34,146 bases of DNA, from positions 1 through 34,146 of the IMG/VR virus record IMGVR_UViG_3300002307_000141; one strand, written 5' to 3'. This DNA is from a virus (lineage: Duplodnaviria > Caudoviricetes). The position numbers were made by a program, and so were the translations under genes. This document shows positions 27,544 to 34,146 of this stretch, piece after piece; the first letter of the stretch is position 1, and every line of letters starts with the position of its first letter. The notes beneath the pieces were generated by a model. That model saw only the letters and a list, made by a program, of their open reading frames with translations. It searched no databases and had not been told where the DNA came from.

Positions 27544-28067
27544 GCAATAACAAAGATATAGAAGTAGCAGTACAGCGCCTTGCCGGCACATATTTGAAAG
27601 ACATATTGCAAATATTTACTTGCACAGTGAACAGCGTTAGCCTCGCCTCACGAACATGCGACTGCACGCCAATAGGTAGTGATAGCTCAACAGACTTGCC
27701 GGGCGTGTTGCTCATGGCTGAGGCCGACAACGGAATGCTTATTGTCCCAAAGATTAGAAGTACAGTAGTCGTGGCTCTATCGGCTCGTAACCTTGCATTT
27801 GTTATTATGTATAGTAAGGTGCAATCCGTTCAGTATGGTGACGGAACTTTTGGCGGCATGGTTAAGTTAGTGGATGCTTCGGACATCAATGCAGGTTTGT
27901 TGGCGAGGATTAATAAAATCGAAACACTTTTGAGCGACCTGATTGTTAAATATAACGTACATACACATGCTTCATCAGGAGCGCCTCCGGTGCCACTTGA
28001 GACAGGCACAGCAACAATTACAACACGCGCAGAACTTGAGAATATTAATATAACGCAAGGATTATGA
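27540..28067 (+). CDS. Baseplate central spike (gpV/Mu gp45-like)
   Basis: OB-like N-terminus, VPKIRSTVVV, metal-binding YNVHTH. Confidence 0.78.
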   Translation: MSNNKDIEVAVQRLAGTYLKDILQIFTCTVNSVSLASRTCDCTPIGSDSSTDLPGVLLMAEADNGMLIVPKIRSTVVVALSARNLAFVIMYSKVQSVQYGDGTFGGMVKLVDASDINAGLLARINKIETLLSDLIVKYNVHTHASSGAPPVPLETGTATITTRAELENINITQGL

Positions 28068-28372
28068 ATCAAGATTTTTTACTCGACCCTAATTCGGGCG
28101 ACCTTCAGATACTTAACGGTGACTTCAATGTGGGCGCATCAGACACGCAACATGTGCAAGATATAATAACGTCTTTCGCTGGTACGTTTAAGCAGTTCCC
28201 AACGCTTGGCGTTGGTATCATGCAATATTTGAAATCCCAAAACGGAGCGCAAGCAGCACAAGCAATAGTGACGCAGTTGCAGTCAGACGGTTATCAAGTG
28301 GATAAGGCGGTCGTATCTAACACTAATGGCTCATTACAGGTGTCGTTCCCAAATGGAATAAGCCATGCTTAA
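28064..28372 (+). CDS. Baseplate protein, gp25/gpW-like
   Basis: DFLLD, GDF.VG.SDTQH, GTFKQFPTLGVGI. Confidence 0.72.
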   Translation: MNQDFLLDPNSGDLQILNGDFNVGASDTQHVQDIITSFAGTFKQFPTLGVGIMQYLKSQNGAQAAQAIVTQLQSDGYQVDKAVVSNTNGSLQVSFPNGISHA

Positions 28373-28886
28373 CTACATCGGACAGAGCGGACAGAACGTG
28401 TTTGACCTTGCATTGGTAACTGTTGGCGACATCAACCAAATGTATGCAATGCTTCAATCCAACGGATTAAACATAACTAGCGACCCTACCGGTCAGGCAG
28501 TTCAATACACGCCTGCGCCTACTATACCACCGACAACTCAGGCTAGTGCCGTTTATTCGCCACCTACTACGGCGACATTCAACAGCGTGGCAAATCAAAA
28601 TATCTTTGACGTCGTGTTGCAAACTTGTGGTGATTTGAATACGACATATAGATTAATGGAAGAAAATAATTTTTTATATATAAACCAGACGGTTTTGCCT
28701 AACAATTTATTTATATTTAATCCATCGCAAATAAAAGATACGTTACTTGTAAGATACTTGCGGTCAAATGGACTAATTATAAATACATCTGTCTCTCAAG
28801 TAGGGATAAAAGTATTCAGCACAGAAGATGAAACTTTAATATTCAGCACAGAAGATGGAAGCAAAGACTTCACGTATGAGAGCTAA
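28365..28886 (+). CDS. Tandem LysM-like baseplate protein with acidic C-terminal repeat
   Basis: GQNVFDLALVTVGD and NQNIFDVVLQTCGD; tail FSTEDETLIFSTEDG. Confidence 0.65.
   Translation: MLNYIGQSGQNVFDLALVTVGDINQMYAMLQSNGLNITSDPTGQAVQYTPAPTIPPTTQASAVYSPPTTATFNSVANQNIFDVVLQTCGDLNTTYRLMEENNFLYINQTVLPNNLFIFNPSQIKDTLLVRYLRSNGLIINTSVSQVGIKVFSTEDETLIFSTEDGSKDFTYES
28813..28857 (+). repeat. 18-bp direct repeat, period 27
   Basis: TATTCAGCACAGAAGATG at 28813 and 28840. Confidence 0.9.
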
Positions 28887-30888
28887 GGCGGTTATAGGGT
28901 TACTTTGTTGCGCTATATTTGCTTTTGGGCAAACGCCAGTGCCATTTAGCACATTGCCTACGTACAAAGGCGTTACCGACACTGCTAATGATAGAATAGT
29001 ATTTCTAAAATATAACAACGGCACGGGCAAATATGGTAACTATATAATTAGCCCGGGAACGATTGAAAAAAACATTGTTCAGGATAGCGGTATAGCACCC
29101 GGTTACGGTATCAATAAGACCAACGCTAAGCCAAGGGTGTTGAGTGCAGATACTACCACAAGCACAGGGCTAGTTAGCAAGAGTAGGTTAACAAAGGCAA
29201 TAGCAGGAGCAGGAACGGTTAAATCAGTTGCAACAGGTTATGGATTAAGTGGAGGTACGATAACAAGTACAGGTAATCTAGTAGCCGACACAACGGTATT
29301 AGCAAGTCAAGCAAGGCTTACCAAGTCATTAGCTTTGTACCAAAAAAGTATTTCACTCACCACAACAGGAACCAGTGGGAGTGCTTCATTTACGTCTAAC
29401 ACGCTCAATATACCTACATATCAAAGTGCATACACCAACCTCACTACTATTGGAGGGCTTAGCAACACATCAGGATATCTACTCAACAACGGAAGCGGTA
29501 CTTTTACGTACGGAAATCCGATTCAAGATAGTGGTGCTGCTAACTCATGGGGTCTCAAGATAACAGCAGCTAAGCCAAGGTTGTTTAAGGTTGACACAGC
29601 AACGGGGAACGCCAATGGAGCAAGGTTAGCTACGCAATATTGGGTAACTAAAAACGCGCCCAAAGGATGGGGATTAACAGGTAATGCAGGAACTACTGCA
29701 GGTACTAACTTTATAGGAACAACGGATAATGTAGGACTTGTTTTTAAAGTAAATAATACACTTTCAGGTAGTATTGATATTGTTAATAATAATACTTCAT
29801 TTGGTTATTCATCACTTGCTAACAATACAAGCGGCTCGGGTAAATATAATAGCGCATTGGGTTATAATGCGTTAGCGGCTAATTCAACAGGTGCTTATAA
29901 CACAGCAATGGGTTATAATGTTGCAAGCACTAATCTTTCAACAGGCTCCAATAATATTATAATTGGTTCAAGTTGCGATATGCCTGTAGGTGGCGGGGCT
30001 TATTCTAATAGCTTAATATTGTCATCTGGTTCTGGAGCTACTGTTAACGGTTCAAACATGGGCGTTATAACTAATGGCTCCTCTTACAATTTAAAGCTTG
30101 GAGTTAATCAACCAACCCCAACTGCTGCTCTTCACGTTAAAGGTACAGGAACGACTTCAAGTACAAATACACTTAGAGTTGAAAATAGTAGCAATACGGT
30201 AGCATTGCAAGTCAATGATGGCGGTTTTGCTGCATTTGGTATGACTCCAACAAATGATTCAAGGTTACAAATTCAAGGAACAAGTAGCGGCTCTAGTTAT
30301 TCGAGTTTAAGAGTTTATAACTCTAGTTCATTTGAAACATTTAACTGCATGGATAATGGCGGAGTGGGTATGCTTGGTGTCCATGCACCCTCTGCTGGTT
30401 ACTTAACTATTGGTGCACCGCAGACATTAAGCGGAATAAATGTAAATACCGCCACAAATGGTTTAAGTAGAGTAATTAATGGAAGTGCTGAATATGGTTG
30501 GGTTACAAATGGTTATGGTTCTTATGGTAATTTTGCACCAACATCACTTGGAGGTGCGTACTTAGATAATACTAACGGCGGACCAACGTTAATAAGCTCT
30601 AGGGGTGGTTCTATTTATTTTGGAAGTTTGACAGGAACAACTAACATAATGCAAATTGCTACTGGAACCTCTAAAATATCAATGAACGGACAAATAAGTA
30701 TTAATACCACAACACCTGACGCAAGTGCCATTATAGATATTGAAACAACCACACAAGGATTTTTAGCACCTCAGATGACAACCACACAAAAAAATTCTAT
30801 TTCATCCCCCAAAGAGGGTTTGATGGTGTATGACTTAACACTGCACAAACTATCTTACTATAATGGTTCATCATGGACAAACCTTTAA
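28876..30888 (+). CDS. Long tail-fibre-like protein with Sec signal peptide
   Basis: MRAKAVIGLLCCAIFAFG|Q; G/S/T/N-rich; NxAxGYxA repeats; LGVNQPTPTAALHV and INTTTPDASAIIDI fibre repeats. Confidence 0.78.
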   Translation: MRAKAVIGLLCCAIFAFGQTPVPFSTLPTYKGVTDTANDRIVFLKYNNGTGKYGNYIISPGTIEKNIVQDSGIAPGYGINKTNAKPRVLSADTTTSTGLVSKSRLTKAIAGAGTVKSVATGYGLSGGTITSTGNLVADTTVLASQARLTKSLALYQKSISLTTTGTSGSASFTSNTLNIPTYQSAYTNLTTIGGLSNTSGYLLNNGSGTFTYGNPIQDSGAANSWGLKITAAKPRLFKVDTATGNANGARLATQYWVTKNAPKGWGLTGNAGTTAGTNFIGTTDNVGLVFKVNNTLSGSIDIVNNNTSFGYSSLANNTSGSGKYNSALGYNALAANSTGAYNTAMGYNVASTNLSTGSNNIIIGSSCDMPVGGGAYSNSLILSSGSGATVNGSNMGVITNGSSYNLKLGVNQPTPTAALHVKGTGTTSSTNTLRVENSSNTVALQVNDGGFAAFGMTPTNDSRLQIQGTSSGSSYSSLRVYNSSSFETFNCMDNGGVGMLGVHAPSAGYLTIGAPQTLSGINVNTATNGLSRVINGSAEYGWVTNGYGSYGNFAPTSLGGAYLDNTNGGPTLISSRGGSIYFGSLTGTTNIMQIATGTSKISMNGQISINTTTPDASAIIDIETTTQGFLAPQMTTTQKNSISSPKEGLMVYDLTLHKLSYYNGSSWTNL

Positions 30889-30899
30889 AATCTAAAACA

Positions 30900-31256
30900 A
30901 TGAAAAAACTATTTTTACTTTTATTTTCCTTACCTCTAATTGTTTCGGCACAGATAACTAACAAGCGCCTTGACTACGACACATCCAAGACTGCTTATAA
31001 TCAATTGACTATCCACGATTGCCACATCGAGGGAGATAATAATGTCATTAGGGTTATGTACACGCTTGACTTGGTGAACTCGAAAGGTGTAACTTTATCA
31101 ACAGGACAACCGCAAGTATATACACGCTATGGAACTAAGTATGATAGCCTTCGGGCTTCATCATTAGGGCAAATGCTATTTGGATTATTTCAATTGGATG
31201 CGTCTAAGGTGGATAGCGCTAAGAACGTATTTAGATTGATTCAAACACATCCGTAA
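30900..31256 (+). CDS. Signal-peptide-bearing protein after the fibre (candidate fibre partner or chaperone)
   Basis: MKKLFLLLFSLPLIVSA|Q; ATG 30900 with A-rich leader. Confidence 0.7.
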   Translation: MKKLFLLLFSLPLIVSAQITNKRLDYDTSKTAYNQLTIHDCHIEGDNNVIRVMYTLDLVNSKGVTLSTGQPQVYTRYGTKYDSLRASSLGQMLFGLFQLDASKVDSAKNVFRLIQTHP

Positions 31257-31257
31257 A

Positions 31258-31563
31258 ATGACCCCAATAACGCGAGATAAAGAATCGTTCACTATCAGGG
31301 AGATAGTGCGCGAACACATTGATACGACAACAGCTGCAATGTATGAGACCAATAGGCAGTTAAATGAGCTGAACATCAAAATAGCGCTTGTCATTCAAAA
31401 GAACGAAGAAAAAGAAAAGAAGATCGAAAAACACGAAGCCGCGCTTATTGAGATAGATAGACGGCACCACGAACAAAAGGGCGCTTTTTGGCTGCTAGGC
31501 GTTAGCTCCGCTGCAATTGGTAGTGTTGTTGTTTTATTTGCTAAAAAAATATTGCACCTATGA
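31258..31563 (+). CDS. Coiled-coil protein with C-terminal TM helix (holin-like or lysis accessory)
   Basis: Coiled coil, then AFWLLGVSSAAIGSVVVLFA; overlaps the lysin gene. Confidence 0.55.
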   Translation: MTPITRDKESFTIREIVREHIDTTTAAMYETNRQLNELNIKIALVIQKNEEKEKKIEKHEAALIEIDRRHHEQKGAFWLLGVSSAAIGSVVVLFAKKILHL

Positions 31564-32009
31564 ATATAACCGTACAGAGATTTGACGAACAAGACGCCAT
31601 GTATAGCGATGCGATGGTTACGAACAACGACATCCACAAAGGTGTTGTTGGAACTTTTGGATTTGTATTTGGTCAACTACTCGATGACCAAGGGAAATTT
31701 ATTTGTTACACGCTTGAGCGTAAGGACACGCTAATAAGCGAAGGCACACGCAAATATAAGTTATACTACTCGCCCGCCAACCGGTGTGTCGTTCCTATCT
31801 TTGAAGATGCGCCAGGTAGTGGCACTTATGACAGGTGCTTCGAGATGCACCCTGCTAATTTCCCGTACGAACTTAAAGGATGCACAGCCGTAGGCCTTGG
31901 GCTTACACAAGTAGAGCTCACGCAATCGAAAGCGGCATTTTCAAAAATAATGGCGCTATTGAACGGCAACGAAGGAACGGTAACTCATGAAAAGAGGGTG
32001 GCACTATGA
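31560..32009 (+). CDS. DUF5675-like putative endolysin (L,D-peptidase type)
   Basis: FICYTLE, MHPAN...LKGCTAVG, SKAAF. Confidence 0.75.
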   Translation: MNITVQRFDEQDAMYSDAMVTNNDIHKGVVGTFGFVFGQLLDDQGKFICYTLERKDTLISEGTRKYKLYYSPANRCVVPIFEDAPGSGTYDRCFEMHPANFPYELKGCTAVGLGLTQVELTQSKAAFSKIMALLNGNEGTVTHEKRVAL

Positions 32010-32069
32010 GTGTAGCGCTATTGACTTGCATCTGTATTCTTGGACTATCTGCACTTATTACAAAAGAAA

Positions 32070-32216
32070 ATGGATAACCAAAAGAAGCTACTTACTGCTA
32101 TTGTGTCGCTTGCCATCGCATCATTAAGCTTATTGCAATCATGCTCAAGTGGCAAACATATTCATAAAGGTCAATTAACAATTAAAACTGAAAAACATGA
32201 GCTTATTAAAATTTGA
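32070..32216 (+). CDS. Small lipoprotein (48 aa, not in the ORF track), candidate o-spanin
   Basis: MDNQKKLLTAIVSLAIASLSLLQS|C lipobox. Confidence 0.55.
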   Translation: MDNQKKLLTAIVSLAIASLSLLQSCSSGKHIHKGQLTIKTEKHELIKI

Positions 32217-32490
32217 ACAAAAAATTAAAGCAATCGCCACATCCATAGAACATGAGGTAGTTATTTTGGCTAAGGATGCTGAGGGCATTGTACCATTCTT
32301 GGTTAATACAGAACTAGCAATCGCAGGCAAAGACTTGCCTAAGACTGGCAATGCGGTAGAAGATGACTTCTTAACCGTTGTTAAGTTGTTGGCTCAGCTG
32401 CCTCAATTCGCTGGCGACTCTAAAGCCGTTGCATTGGCTGCCGAGGCGGTTATCAACGTAGTATCTACTATTCAAAATAAAACCAACTGA
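32197..32490 (+). CDS. Hypothetical helical protein
   Basis: 97-aa ORF in the lysis region. Confidence 0.65.
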   Translation: MSLLKFEQKIKAIATSIEHEVVILAKDAEGIVPFLVNTELAIAGKDLPKTGNAVEDDFLTVVKLLAQLPQFAGDSKAVALAAEAVINVVSTIQNKTN

Positions 32491-32493
32491 AAC

Positions 32494-32718
32494 ATGAACT
32501 CACCATTATTCACCGTGAACGAAAAGCAATGGGCAAAAGGCTTGTTGCTTTCGGTAATTGGAGCCTTCGTTGGCGGCATACAAGGCATATTATCAAGTGG
32601 GCATCTGCCTTCAACATTGGCGGAGTTGCAGCCAATAGCCATTGGAGCGCTTAGCGCTGGCGTGGCATATATAGCACACTCTTTCGCCTCCAACGAAAAC
32701 GGAACGCTTGGTAAATGA
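32494..32718 (+). CDS. Putative holin (2 TM)
   Basis: 74 aa with two hydrophobic segments; ATGA overlap with the patatin gene. Confidence 0.62.
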   Translation: MNSPLFTVNEKQWAKGLLLSVIGAFVGGIQGILSSGHLPSTLAELQPIAIGALSAGVAYIAHSFASNENGTLGK

Positions 32719-33584
32719 ATATTGAGAACCTTGTATTTAAAGGGGGTGGTGTGCTTGGAGAGGCTTACGCTGGTGCGTACACCATAGTGTCGCCACTTGC
32801 GCCAAATGTTAAGCGAGTGGCTGGAACATCAGCTGGTTCAATGATGGCGCTCATGGTAGCGCTCGGATACACACCTGACGAGATAACAAGCGTATTGGAT
32901 GCCACGCCGTTCCATTCATTCATGGACAGGTCTAGTTGGATAGGCCATATATTGAATGAGCTTCGATATTACGGATTCTATACCGGTGATGCTCTCATGC
33001 GATGGATCCAAGCGCAAATTAAAAATAAAACGGGTGCGAATAATATCACGTTTGCCGATTTTAGAAATCTCGGATATTTAGATCTTACAGTAGTAGCAAC
33101 TAACGACATAACAAATGAGGCGGTATATTTCAATTGCGCTAACACGCCCAATACAATTGTCGCCGAGGCGGTAAGGTGCTCAATAGCGATACCGTTATTC
33201 TTTCGGGCCTTCAAGCCTTCTCAAGGCGAATTCATAGGTGCTCCCTTCGTGGATGGTGGTGTAGTGAATAATTACCCTATTTCTCTATACGATACAGCAG
33301 AAGGCGCCAATGAAGCCACGTTGGGTCTATTCCTTCACCACGACGCACCATCTTCAACGCTTAGCGAAGGCCACCTATTAGCCGAAATTAAGGATACGTT
33401 CCTGAGCATTGTGAACGCTCAGGATGTTGATTTCTTTGCGCATCCCCAAGATGTGGCAAGAAGCATTATTATTGATAGCTTAGGCCTTTCGGCCACTGAT
33501 TTCAACCTCAGCAAGGCAGATGCAGAGGCGCTAAAAGCCTCCGGCAAGCTCGCCGCGCAGCATTTTTTTGCAAAAAATCTGTAA
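32715..33584 (+). CDS. Patatin-like phospholipase
   Basis: FKGGGVLG, GTSAG nucleophile elbow, SIAIPLFF, VDGG. Confidence 0.92.
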   Translation: MNIENLVFKGGGVLGEAYAGAYTIVSPLAPNVKRVAGTSAGSMMALMVALGYTPDEITSVLDATPFHSFMDRSSWIGHILNELRYYGFYTGDALMRWIQAQIKNKTGANNITFADFRNLGYLDLTVVATNDITNEAVYFNCANTPNTIVAEAVRCSIAIPLFFRAFKPSQGEFIGAPFVDGGVVNNYPISLYDTAEGANEATLGLFLHHDAPSSTLSEGHLLAEIKDTFLSIVNAQDVDFFAHPQDVARSIIIDSLGLSATDFNLSKADAEALKASGKLAAQHFFAKNL

Positions 33585-33653
33585 ACCTACGCGTTTTTAT
33601 TGAATTTTATTGTCTTGATTGTCAAGCAGTTGCAATATACTTACAAATAAATA

Positions 33654-33683
33654 TTTGTAATTTAAAAATGTTTCTTAAATTTG
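33654..33683 (+). promoter_or_regulatory. Early promoter (Bacteroidota primary sigma factor)
   Basis: TTTG(33654)-N18-TAAATTTG(33676-33683). Confidence 0.75.
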
Positions 33684-33737
33684 AAATGTGAAACAAAGAA
33701 AAACAAAAAACAAATTTAAAATCTAAAACTAAACCAC

Positions 33738-34034
33738 ATGTCTTATCAAATCAAAGCAATCGCACCAACAATTTACCAGTTACACTCTTTAAGAGCCTTT
33801 AACATTGGTTCTAAGGCTATCGGAAATGGTGCTTACATTGGCAAAATAGACTTCAATACAGAAGAAGAAGCCAAAGAGTACCTGACTAGTCGTGCTGACA
33901 AGTACAACGATGAAGACCCTGAAGGCAGCGAATCAAGTCTTGCTGATATGTATGCAGATATTAGTAATGGTGCATTGACACTTGACGCTGTAACTGCTTA
34001 TATCAACATAATTGACGAAGAAGAGGAAAATTAA
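33738..34034 (+). CDS. Hypothetical acidic early protein
   Basis: First ORF after the early promoter; continues across the junction into ORF 39. Confidence 0.72.
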   Translation: MSYQIKAIAPTIYQLHSLRAFNIGSKAIGNGAYIGKIDFNTEEEAKEYLTSRADKYNDEDPEGSESSLADMYADISNGALTLDAVTAYINIIDEEEEN

Positions 34035-34045
34035 TAACAATGATA

Positions 34046-34146
34046 AATTTAAAATTTAAGCAAAACATAAAACCAAAAACACAATGGAAACAATCGACCA
34101 ATTATTGATAGAGCTAAATGCTTGCGAAGTAGCCCGAGACTGGGCG
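34046..34146 (+). repeat. Terminal direct repeat, right copy
   Basis: Identical to 1-101. Confidence 0.95.

Larger units (their letters stand above)
1..34045. mobile_element. Complete circular(ly permuted) tailed phage genome with contractile tail, probable Bacteroidota host
   Basis: 101-bp terminal overlap; terminase, portal, capsid, sheath, tube, baseplate, lysis and replication genes all present; no host genes; Bacteroidota-type promoters and SD-less starts. Confidence 0.93.

Noticed and set aside
21507-28886. Tailocin or contractile injection system
   Set aside because: Capsid, portal, terminase and replication genes are present
32715-33584. CBASS defence system
   Set aside because: No CD-NTase or other CBASS gene nearby; the context is a lysis cassette
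1-34146. tRNA or rRNA genes, integrase/attP, alternative genetic code
   Set aside because: None recognised by eye; standard-code ORFs tile the genome densely. tRNAscan and HMM searches were not run

Overview
The window is an apparently complete, circular phage genome of about 34,045 bp: bases 1-101 recur exactly at 34046-34146. The host is very probably in Bacteroidota, because promoters follow the TTTG-N18-TAnnTTTG pattern, translation starts are A-rich without Shine-Dalgarno sites, and several proteins resemble DUF3127, DUF2586, DUF6046 and DUF5675 types. The early and replication region (33.6 kb through the junction to 8.2 kb) holds two Ala-repeat paralogues, an SSB-like gene, an HTH protein, a RecT-like recombinase, an SF2 helicase, a DNA methyltransferase, a D5/DUF5906-like helicase followed by an iteron-type origin, and a VRR-NUC nuclease. 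Terminase genes come next, then a Mu-like head, neck and contractile-tail gene set. I found no transposase, integrase or DNA polymerase. The lysis cassette ends in a patatin-like phospholipase. The most striking observation is that three genes inside the virion operon (a capsid-adjacent protein, the long tail fibre and the gene after it) carry Sec signal peptides followed by Gln and contain Bacteroidota D-[S/T]-x O-glycosylation sequons. This suggests virion parts that are exported, possibly host-glycosylated, and matured outside the cytoplasm. All family assignments come from reading motifs and synteny by eye; no searches were run.
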